Source: Dehalococcoidia bacterium (GTDB lineage: Bacteria > Chloroflexota > Dehalococcoidia > DSTF01 > RBG-16-68-14). From it: a stretch of 64,000 nucleotides of DNA. The stretch is from positions 1 through 64,000 of the forward strand of contig JBBEBM010000052.1 of the NCBI GenBank assembly GCA_040882355.1. The letters are read 5' to 3'. Shown here in pieces: positions 56,417 through 64,000 of this stretch. How positions within the stretch are numbered: position 1 is the first letter of the stretch; each line of letters opens with the position of its first letter. Position numbers and translations under genes: made by a program. Below the pieces are notes generated by a model. That model did no database searches and was not told the origin of the DNA. It saw nothing but the letters and a program-made list of their open reading frames with translations.

Positions 56417-57334
56417 CTACATCGCCCGCAGGAGCTTGATGCGGTCCTGGATAGGCGGGTGCGTCGCGAAGAAGTTATTGAGAAAGCTGCCGTGCTCACG
56501 CAGGGGGTTGTTGATGTAGAGGTGCGCCGTTGCCTTGTTCGCGACCTCCAGCGGGTCGGGGTCGGCAGCGATCTTCTCCAGCGCGCGAGCCAGCCCTTCC
56601 GGGTAGCGCGTCAGCAGCGCACCCGACGCGTCCGCCAGATACTCGCGCTGACGCGAGACCGCGAAGCGAATGCCCTGCGCGATGAGCGGAGTCAGGATGG
56701 CCGCAGCGATCGCGAGCACGTAGATGAAGATGACCGCGGCGCCACCACCCTTATCGCGGTTGCCGGGACGGCGGCCCGCGCCGAAGAACGTCAACCGCAG
56801 CAGCAGGTCGGCCATCAGCGCCGCCAACCCGACGAGCACGACGACGATCGTCATCACCCGAATATCGTAGTTGCCGATGTGCGACAGCTCGTGCGCGAGA
56901 ACGCCCTCCAGCTCCAGCGGTTCGAGCTTCTGAAGCAGACCGCGCGTGACGCAGACCGCGGCGTGCTGCGGGTCGCGGCCGGTGGCGAAGGCGTTCGGCG
57001 AGCCGTCCTCGATGACGTAGACCTTCGGCATCGGCAGCCCCGCGCCGATGCACAGGTTCTCGACGGTGCGGTACAGCTCCGGCTCCTGCTCCTTCGTCAC
57101 CTCATGCGCGCCAGAGATCGCGAGGGCGACGTTCGCCGACGCGTAGTAGCTGAACAGCGCGAAGATGAGGAACGGGATGATCAGCAGCGGGGCGTACGGG
57201 TACGGCAAGCCCACGACCAGGCCGATGACGATCGACATGCCGGCGAGCAGCGCGACGAAGCCGACGAGCAGCAGCATGGTGTTCCGCCTGTTCTGATCGA
57301 CCCGGTCATAGATGAGGACGGGCTGCTCGACCAC
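56417..57334 (-). CDS. htpX: M48 zinc metalloprotease HtpX
   Basis: PNAFATG, AHELSH, SRQREYLAD, THPP; follows lemA. Confidence 0.93.
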   Translation of the reverse strand: MVEQPVLIYDRVDQNRRNTMLLLVGFVALLAGMSIVIGLVVGLPYPYAPLLIIPFLIFALFSYYASANVALAISGAHEVTKEQEPELYRTVENLCIGAGLPMPKVYVIEDGSPNAFATGRDPQHAAVCVTRGLLQKLEPLELEGVLAHELSHIGNYDIRVMTIVVVLVGLAALMADLLLRLTFFGAGRRPGNRDKGGGAAVIFIYVLAIAAAILTPLIAQGIRFAVSRQREYLADASGALLTRYPEGLARALEKIAADPDPLEVANKATAHLYINNPLREHGSFLNNFFATHPPIQDRIKLLRAM

Positions 57335-57423
57335 GAACCGTCCTACGCTGGGGTCGCGTTATGCCGCCGGGTGAAGCCGGCGGCAGCGTCGCGTGGCCGA
57401 ATGTCGCGCCGTTGCACAGGACG

Positions 57424-58005
57424 CTACGTGGCGGTCGTGGACGAGAAGCTGACCTGGACGTCTTCGCGCGCCGCCTCTTCCGCCTCGAAGAACTCGAAAG
57501 GCTGGAAGTTGAACATGTGGGCGATGAAGACGTTGGGGAAGACCTGAATGCGCGCGTTGAAGTCCATCACGTTCTTGTTGTAGAACTGCCGCGCAAACGC
57601 GATCTTCTCCTCGATGTCCGACAGCTCCTGCTGGAGGGCCAGGAAGTTCTCGTTCGCGCGAAGTTGCGGGTAGTTCTCCGCAACCGCAAACAGCGAGCGC
57701 AGCGTCTGGGTGAGGGCGTTGTCCGCCTGCGCCGCCTGGCCAGGGCTGCCCGCCTGCTCCAGCGCGGCCCGGGCGCGGGTGACGTTCTCCAGCACCACGC
57801 GTTCGTGGGCGGCGTAGCCCTTCACCGTCTCGACCAGGTTCGGGACCAGACTGGCGCGGCGCTTGAGCTGCACGTCGATGCCGGACCACGCCTCGTTCGT
57901 GCGGACGCGCGAGCGGATCAGCCCGTTGTAGATGCCCAGGAAGGCCAGCCCCGCGATCAGCACCACGCCAAGCAGCACCGCGAGGACGATGATCACAACA
58001 AACAT
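57424..58005 (-). CDS. lemA: LemA family protein
   Basis: WSGIDVQLKRR..LVPNLVETVKGYA.HE, AVAENYPQLRAN, ARQFYN. Confidence 0.96.
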   Translation of the reverse strand: MFVVIIVLAVLLGVVLIAGLAFLGIYNGLIRSRVRTNEAWSGIDVQLKRRASLVPNLVETVKGYAAHERVVLENVTRARAALEQAGSPGQAAQADNALTQTLRSLFAVAENYPQLRANENFLALQQELSDIEEKIAFARQFYNKNVMDFNARIQVFPNVFIAHMFNFQPFEFFEAEEAAREDVQVSFSSTTAT

Positions 58006-58138
58006 GCCGTAACTCCCCTCTGTTCTACCCGCGCCATTCTAACACAAAGGGCCCTTCTGCTTTGACAGCCCCGAATCTAGGGAGGTTAAATGATTGTGTC
58101 ACGATTCACGCGCGCCGGATTCGAGGGGAGCCTGCACC

Positions 58139-59353
58139 ATGGTCGCCGTCCAGTACAACCCGTTCGTCCCTGAGACTCGCGCCAACCCCTACCCCGTCTA
58201 CCGCCAGCTTCGCGAGCAGGACCCTGTGCACCGGAGCGAGGTTATGGACGGTTGGGTGCTCACCCGCTACGAAGACGTCGTCTCGACTCTGAAGCACCCG
58301 CGCATGTCCGCCGACCGCCGGCGCGCGCGCAACCGGCTCGCCCAGCAGATCTCGGAGCAGATGCAGCAGCGCGGCCCGCTCGGCACTGCGCAGACCATGC
58401 TCACGGCCGACCCACCGGAGCACACGCGCCTGCGTGGCCTGGTCAGCAAAGCGTTCACCATGCGCGCCGTCGACGCCATGCGGTCACGCATCCAGCAGAT
58501 CGTCGACGAGATCCTCGATGGCTTGGAGGCGAAGGGCGGCATGGACATCATCTGGGACCTCGGTTACCCGCTGCCCGTGATCGTGATCGCCGAGCTGCTG
58601 GGCGTGCCGCCGGAACGGCGGGACGACTTCAAACGCTGGTCGGACGACATCGTCGCAACGCTCGGCGGGCCGATGGTCGCGCCGGAGGTGGCGGAACGCG
58701 GCATGCAGTCGGCTCTGGAGATGGCGGAGTTTTTCCACGTCGTGATCGACGAGCGCCGGCGAGAGCCGAAGGACGACCTGCTGAGCGCGCTCATCGCCGC
58801 CGAAGAGCGGGGCGAAGTGCTCAGCGAAGAGGAGCTGCTGGCGACGTGCATCCTGCTGCTCGCCGCCGGCAATGAAACGACGACGAACCTGATCGGCAAC
58901 GGCACGCTCGCGCTGCTGCGCAACCCGGAGCAGCTCACGCTCCTGCAGAACGACCTCTCGCTGGTCGATTCAGCGGTGGAAGAGCTGCTGCGCTATGACG
59001 GACCGGTGCAGGGCACGGCGCGCGTCGCGCTGGAGAACGTCGAGATCGGCGGGCAGGCGATCGAAGAAGGACAGCTCGTCATGACGCTGCTCGGCGCAGC
59101 GAACCACGACCCGGCCGTCTTCACCAACCCGGACGAGCTGGACATCACGCGCCAGGACAACCGCCACGTGGCGTTCGGCTACGGCATCCACTTTTGTCTG
59201 GGCGCTCCGCTCGCGCGGATGGAGGGCCAGATCGCGTTTCGTTCGCTGCTCCAGCGCTTCCGCAGCCTCCGCCTCGCCAGCGACGACGTCGAATGGGGCG
59301 GCTCCTTCATCCTGCGCGGCCTCAAGACCCTCCCCATCACCTTCGAGGCGTAG
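58139..59353 (+). CDS. cytochrome P450
   Basis: DPPEHTRLR, AGNETT, EELLR, FGYGIHFCLG heme motif. Confidence 0.97.
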   Translation: MVAVQYNPFVPETRANPYPVYRQLREQDPVHRSEVMDGWVLTRYEDVVSTLKHPRMSADRRRARNRLAQQISEQMQQRGPLGTAQTMLTADPPEHTRLRGLVSKAFTMRAVDAMRSRIQQIVDEILDGLEAKGGMDIIWDLGYPLPVIVIAELLGVPPERRDDFKRWSDDIVATLGGPMVAPEVAERGMQSALEMAEFFHVVIDERRREPKDDLLSALIAAEERGEVLSEEELLATCILLLAAGNETTTNLIGNGTLALLRNPEQLTLLQNDLSLVDSAVEELLRYDGPVQGTARVALENVEIGGQAIEEGQLVMTLLGAANHDPAVFTNPDELDITRQDNRHVAFGYGIHFCLGAPLARMEGQIAFRSLLQRFRSLRLASDDVEWGGSFILRGLKTLPITFEA

Positions 59354-59395
59354 CGCCTCCCGGCACCGCCCGGGTCGTCGGTCGCGTCGAAACGC

Positions 59396-59424
59396 TTGAC
59401 AACTGCTGTCCGCAGTGCTAGGGT
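59396..59424 (+). promoter_or_regulatory. sigma70-like promoter
   Basis: TTGACA-N17-TAGGGT with extended TG. Confidence 0.45.
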
Positions 59425-59520
59425 AGCGGCATCAGGTCGCTGGTGGCCTGAATAACCCTGCCCTCAAGCTCAAGTTGCGTTCGGTCAGCACCAATGCTGT
59501 CCACGGGGAGGGTCTAACCA

Positions 59521-60924
59521 ATGAAGCGTCGGCTGTTTGTGTTCGCCGCAGTTGGCGTCGTGGCAGCGCTTGGCACGGCGGGTATGTTTGTGTTCCATCA
59601 ACCGGAGAGCCCCGCATCCGCGGCCGGGCCCGTCGACGCCTCGGGTTGGTGGGAGTCTGAGGCGACGGGCGACTTCACCGAGTCCTGCCTGACGTTTGTC
59701 GAGCAAGACGGCACGGCACTCTCTTGGTCCGGTACCTGCTCCTTCACAGGCATCACGAACGCCACTGGCACGATCGATACAACGACTGGCGAGTTCACAG
59801 CCAGCGGCACGAATGGAACCGTAGCAGTCAACTACGTTGGCACCATCGCCAAGGACGGCCAGACATCCAGCGGCACCTGGACCGCGGACACGCTTTCGGG
59901 GAGCTTCAGCGGAGTCCGCGTGCCGCCACCAACGGCCACTCCCACCCCCAGCATCACGCCAACCGCAACGCTCACTCCCACAGCGACGCCCTGCCCGCCT
60001 GAGGGTTGCCCGACACCGACCGCAACGGCCACGGCGACCGCGACACGAACGCCGACGCGCACCCCCACCATCACGCCAACACGCACCAGTACTTCGACGC
60101 CGACGGTTACACCGACGCCTTCAGCGATCCTGCGTATCGCTCCCGCTGAGACGCAAGCCGACCGGGGCGCGGTAGTCTTTATCGAGGTGCGCGCGGACGC
60201 CGTGGCGAACCTGGGCGCGTACTCGTTCGATCTGACCTACGATCCGCAGGTGCTCACCGCGATCTCCGCCGGCAACGGGCCCTTCCTGGGAAGCAGTGGC
60301 AGAACTGTTACCTGCATCCCGAAGGAGCAGAGTTCCGGGCTGGTCGCGATGGCGTGCGTGACGACCGGTTCAGCGCCAGGGGCGTCAGGGAGCGGCCTGC
60401 TGGCGACTGTCGCGTTCGCCACGTCCTGCAGCGGTGGCAGCAGCAGCGTGGCCTTTGCGCAGGCGCAGCTCGCCGAGCCGCTTGGAACTGACATCCCTAT
60501 CCAACAGGTCGTCAGCGGTTCCGTGACGCTCGGCGACGAGCCCTGCGCCTCGCCGGAGCCGGACGCCGACCTGGACGGCTGCAACGACGCATCTGAGATA
60601 GGCACCGACCCCGCGTACGGTGGCATGCGCGACCCCGGCTACTTCTGGGATTTCATGGACCAATTCACCGGCTCACCAGCAACGCGTGACCGAGTGATCG
60701 CTGTCGGCGATATCGGCGCCGTCGTTACCCGCTTCGGCACCAGCGGTGATCCAGGCGTCTACCCGCTTACCGTCCCGTTGAGTGGCACCGGCTACCATAC
60801 GAGCGCCGACCGCAACGGCTCGATGCCCGGGCAAAACGCGTGGAACCTGCAGCCGCCCAACGGCGTCGTGTCCATCGGTGACGTTGGCGCTGTCGTCGCG
60901 CAGTTCGGGCATAGCTGCGCCTGA
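59521..60924 (+). CDS. secreted protein: small beta domain, Pro/Thr linker, cohesin-like domain, dockerin-like ('flexitail'-type) tail
   Basis: NLGAYSFDLTYDP.VL...G.FLGS...SGSGLLATVAF (cohesin-like); tail homologous to that of 10313..12817. Confidence 0.85.
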   Translation: MKRRLFVFAAVGVVAALGTAGMFVFHQPESPASAAGPVDASGWWESEATGDFTESCLTFVEQDGTALSWSGTCSFTGITNATGTIDTTTGEFTASGTNGTVAVNYVGTIAKDGQTSSGTWTADTLSGSFSGVRVPPPTATPTPSITPTATLTPTATPCPPEGCPTPTATATATATRTPTRTPTITPTRTSTSTPTVTPTPSAILRIAPAETQADRGAVVFIEVRADAVANLGAYSFDLTYDPQVLTAISAGNGPFLGSSGRTVTCIPKEQSSGLVAMACVTTGSAPGASGSGLLATVAFATSCSGGSSSVAFAQAQLAEPLGTDIPIQQVVSGSVTLGDEPCASPEPDADLDGCNDASEIGTDPAYGGMRDPGYFWDFMDQFTGSPATRDRVIAVGDIGAVVTRFGTSGDPGVYPLTVPLSGTGYHTSADRNGSMPGQNAWNLQPPNGVVSIGDVGAVVAQFGHSCA

Positions 60925-61212
60925 CCCCGTCTTCACCTCCCAACGGCGCCACTGCCCCCTTAGCGCTCTCTCGCCCCAGCCTTACTCTAGCCTCGACAAC
61001 CCGGCGAGGGGATGCGGCGCTCAGCGTCCGCGCGCCAGAGCCTGCCCTCGAGCGGAGCGAAGGGCCCCCAGGAGGTGATTCGAGGCGCTTCGCCCGAAAA
61101 AGGCCAATTGGCAAAACAAACTGCCACCTTCCGGGCTGCCTAGCGCGCGCGACACCGCCCATCACTTACCCACGCGCAACTGGTCGCGGCCCGGCGGGCG
61201 CGTCGCCCGGTT

Positions 61213-61363
61213 CTAGCAGGCTGCCTAAGAGCGGGGGTGCAGGGGGCGCTGCCCCCTCTGCCGGGGGGTCTGGAGGTGTCCCCTCAGATTCACCAATACT
61301 CCCCTGGGCGGGCGGGTGGGAGAGAATGGCATTGGTTCTTTTGCTCTTTCAGCACCCTGCTAG
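61213..61363 (+). mobile_element. MITE-like non-autonomous element
   Basis: Terminal inverted repeats ctagcaggctgc / gcaccctgctag; the interior is homologous to 63677-63810 in reverse orientation. Confidence 0.6.
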
Positions 61364-61531
61364 GTTCTGGTTCTTGGTTCTGCGTAGCCAGCTTGTGCGT
61401 CACAGCGCCGTCGTGTACCTTATGACGGGTTCGCGTTTTGCTTCACAATCGGGCGGGCCAGAGGGCTCTCGGCCCCTCACGGTCGCCTTTCGACACGCGC
61501 CCCCCGAGACCGGCGAAGGAGGACTCGTCAC

Positions 61532-62335
61532 GTGCATATCGTGTGCTGCGTGAAGCAGGTGCCTGACTGGGACATCCCACCATCCAGCTTCAAGGTGGAC
61601 GAAGCGACGAATCGGGTCGTGCCACCGCCCGGCGTCGCTCCGGTGCCCAGCCAGTTCGACAGCATCGGCGTGGAGGCGGCGATGCGCGTCAAGGACCAGC
61701 AGCCCGACACCAAAGTCACCATCATGAGCATGGGGCCTGAGGGCGCCCGCGACGCCATCAAGCACAGCCTGGCCATGGGCGCCGACGAGGGCGTCCTGCT
61801 CACCGACGCGCTCTTCCAGGACCTCGACTGGTACCAGGTGGCGCTCGTGCTCTCGACCGCCGTCAAGAAGCTGGGTGACGTCGACCTCGTCGTTTGCGGC
61901 CGCCAGGCGGTCGACTGGGACATGGGCGTCACCGGCTCCGGCGTCGCCGAGCTGCTCGGCTGGCCGGCGCTCACCATCGGCAAAGACGTCCAGGTGCGCG
62001 ATAGCACGATCGCCGTCGAGCGCGTGCTGATGGACGGGTTCGAGACGGTCGAGGCGCCGCTGCCCGCCGTCGCCACGGTCAGCAATGAGCTGGGCGAGCC
62101 GCGCTACCCCAAGCTGCAACAGATCATGCAGGCCGCGCGCAAGCAAGTCACTATCTGGTCGGCGGCGGACCTTGGCCTGGACGCGAGCCAGCTCGGGCCG
62201 GACGCGCGCAAGCTCACCCTGGAGCGCCTCTACATCCCGGTCTCAGACACGCAGGTCGAGATCATCGAAGGCGACACCCCGGACGAGAAAGCGCAGAATC
62301 TCGCTCGCAAGCTGAGCGAAGCGAAGCTCATCTAG
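61532..62335 (+). CDS. etfB: electron transfer flavoprotein beta subunit
   Basis: CVKQVPD, AMGADE, GRQAVD, EPRYP. Confidence 0.93.
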   Translation: MHIVCCVKQVPDWDIPPSSFKVDEATNRVVPPPGVAPVPSQFDSIGVEAAMRVKDQQPDTKVTIMSMGPEGARDAIKHSLAMGADEGVLLTDALFQDLDWYQVALVLSTAVKKLGDVDLVVCGRQAVDWDMGVTGSGVAELLGWPALTIGKDVQVRDSTIAVERVLMDGFETVEAPLPAVATVSNELGEPRYPKLQQIMQAARKQVTIWSAADLGLDASQLGPDARKLTLERLYIPVSDTQVEIIEGDTPDEKAQNLARKLSEAKLI

Positions 62336-62365
62336 CAAAGCCCGGAGCCAGGAGGAGGACTGCGG

Positions 62366-62662
62366 ATGTACGGCACCGTCGGACACATGAAGGCGAAGCC
62401 CGGCAAGCTTGACGAGATCATCGCGCTCACCACGGGCATGGTCGATCGCCGCAAGCCGAAAGGCTACCTCGGCGAGTACGTGTACCGGCTCGACAGCGAT
62501 CCGGACGAGTTCATGCTCGTCGTTCTGTTCGAAAACCAGGAGAGCTACTTCGCGAACGCGCAGGACCCGGCGCAGGACGCGGAGTACCGGAAGCTTCGCG
62601 AGCTGCTCGCCGCCGACCCGCACTGGCACGACGGCGAAGTGATCCACAGCCACCTCGAGTAG
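62366..62662 (+). CDS. ABM-like (dimeric alpha-beta barrel) protein
   Basis: KAKPGK...GY.GEYVYR.D....F..VV.FE..ESY.ANA..P.....Y......L...P.W.DGEV. Confidence 0.75.
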   Translation: MYGTVGHMKAKPGKLDEIIALTTGMVDRRKPKGYLGEYVYRLDSDPDEFMLVVLFENQESYFANAQDPAQDAEYRKLRELLAADPHWHDGEVIHSHLE

Positions 62663-62702
62663 CGCGGCCGCTCGTTGAGAATTCAGCCCTGAGGAGTAGA
62701 CG

Positions 62703-63680
62703 ATGGCAGTCACGATTCTCGTCGTAGGTGAGGTAGCCGAAGGAGCGCTGGTGCCGATCAGCGCCGAGATGCTGGGCGCCGCCCGGCGGCTGAACGCCGG
62801 CACCGTCGGCTGCGCGCTTACAGGCGCCGGCGTCGAGGCGTTGGCGAAGGACGCGATAGCGTTCGGCGCGGACGAGGCTTACGTCGTCGACGACACGCAG
62901 CTCGCCGAGTACAACAGCGACGCTTACATCCAGGCGATGCAGAAGGTGGTCGAGCAGGCCTCGCCGTCGATCTTGCTCTTCGGTCAGACGAACCTCGGCC
63001 GCGATCTCGCGCCGCGACTCGCGTTCCGCCTGAACACCGGCGTCGTCATGGACAGCACGGAGCTGGCAATGGCGGGCGACCGCCTCGCCGCCACCCGCCC
63101 CGCTTACGGCGGCAACGCGCGCGCTGTCAACGTCGTGCGCGGCAACCCGCAGATCGCGACCGTCCGCGCGAAGTCACAGGACGCGCTGGAGCGCGACGAC
63201 TCGCGTCAGGGCCAGGTGACGAAGGTCGACGCCGGCATCGACGCCTCGGCGATCCGCGTGAAGGTCACGGAGCGCAAGCCGCTCGCTGCGGAGGGCATTC
63301 GCCTGGAGGACGCCGACACCGTCGTCTCGGGCGGGCGGGGCATGGGCGGCCCCGAGAACTTCGACGTGATCGAGGAGCTGGCGCACGCGCTCAACGGCGC
63401 TGTCGGCGCGAGCCGCGCCGTCTGCGACCTGGGCTGGCGCCCGGTCTCCGACCAGGTTGGCCTCACCGGCAAGGTCGTGAGCCCCACGCTCTACATCGCC
63501 GTTGCGATCTCCGGCGCCAGCCAGCACATGGCCGGCTGCTCCGGCTCGAAGAACATCGTCGCGATCAACAAGGACGCGGATGCGAACATCTTCAAGGCCG
63601 CGCGCTTCGGCATCGTGGAGGACTACGCGAAGGTGATGAAGCCGCTGATCGAAGCCGTGAAGAAGGAAAAGGGCAGCTAG
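62703..63680 (+). CDS. etfA: electron transfer flavoprotein alpha subunit
   Basis: RPAYGG, VVSGGRG, GASRA, QVGLTGK, ISGASQH, AINKD. Confidence 0.95.
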   Translation: MAVTILVVGEVAEGALVPISAEMLGAARRLNAGTVGCALTGAGVEALAKDAIAFGADEAYVVDDTQLAEYNSDAYIQAMQKVVEQASPSILLFGQTNLGRDLAPRLAFRLNTGVVMDSTELAMAGDRLAATRPAYGGNARAVNVVRGNPQIATVRAKSQDALERDDSRQGQVTKVDAGIDASAIRVKVTERKPLAAEGIRLEDADTVVSGGRGMGGPENFDVIEELAHALNGAVGASRAVCDLGWRPVSDQVGLTGKVVSPTLYIAVAISGASQHMAGCSGSKNIVAINKDADANIFKAARFGIVEDYAKVMKPLIEAVKKEKGS

Positions 63681-63810
63681 CGCTGTTGCGAACGACTCGC
63701 TAATGTCTCTCTTCCCACCCGCCCACCCAGGAGAGTTGTTAGTTCTGGGGGACACCCCAGACTCCCGGCAGCGGGGCTCCGCCCCCCTACACTCCCCGTT
63801 CCCGGACGCC
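63677..63810 (-). repeat. second, diverged copy of the 61.2-kb element
   Basis: Reverse complement reads gtgtagggggcggagccccgctgccgggagtctggggtgtccccc...cctgggtgggcgggtgggaagaga. Confidence 0.7.
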
Positions 63811-63877
63811 CACTCCGCAGGAGCGACCACTTGAGAAGCTGCGGATTTCAATCCGCGGAAGGCGATACCACTCAACC

Positions 63878-64000
63878 ATGAGCGAACTCAGCAAGCTGCT
63901 GCGAAAGATCTCGCGCCATGAGCCCGCGCCGCTGGGATTCGGGCGCGGCCCCACCAAGCGCGCCCCCACGATGCTGCTCGCCGCCATCGCGAGCGAGCGC
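63878..64000 (+). CDS. hypothetical protein, truncated by the window end
   Basis: MSELSKLLRKISRHEPAPLGFGRG..., open to the edge. Confidence 0.55.
   Translation, partial: MSELSKLLRKISRHEPAPLGFGRGPTKRAPTMLLAAIASER

Noticed and set aside
1..64000. tRNA, rRNA, transposase or prophage genes
   Set aside because: None recognised by eye; a covariance-model scan is needed to exclude small RNAs fully.

Overview
High-GC bacterial chromosomal window. Gene content suggests an aerobic, monoderm Chloroflexota, probably Dehalococcoidia (inference). It holds lipid/sterol-type catabolic genes (thiolase-like + DUF35, acyl-CoA dehydrogenase, enoyl-CoA hydratases, SDRs, ALDH, P450, ETF), a LIV-type ABC transporter, a GH36 alpha-galactosidase, and an AAA+/VWA pair. 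Several secreted surface proteins are present: two share a dockerin-like C-terminal tail (one also carries a cohesin-like domain), and three tandem LPxTG proteins have variable N-termini. Accessory inserts are a GH25-like operon, an EVE-HNH nuclease and an orphan RHS toxin/immunity pair. The most striking region is a regulatory island at 34.6-40.3 kb: a c-di-AMP (ydaO) riboswitch ahead of a tiny Zn-ribbon protein, then a second Zn-finger protein, NarL-type and single-domain response regulators, csrA, a degenerate Gfo/Idh/MocA protein, and a FliA/WhiG sigma factor with a basic duplicated N-terminal extension, with no flagellar genes in the window. A recurring 15-bp palindrome, candidate sigma-28 promoters and C-terminal -AA ends may link this island to a degenerate GGDEF locus at 46-48 kb and to a surface-protein gene. 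Other oddities are a 202-bp tandem triplication of the thiolase 5' end that yields chained mini-ORFs, a frameshifted stand-alone SecD-P1 lipoprotein, an internally deleted epoxide-hydrolase pseudogene and several REP/MITE-like repeat families. No rRNA, tRNA, CRISPR array or transposase was recognised. All calls are from reading the sequence; no searches were run.
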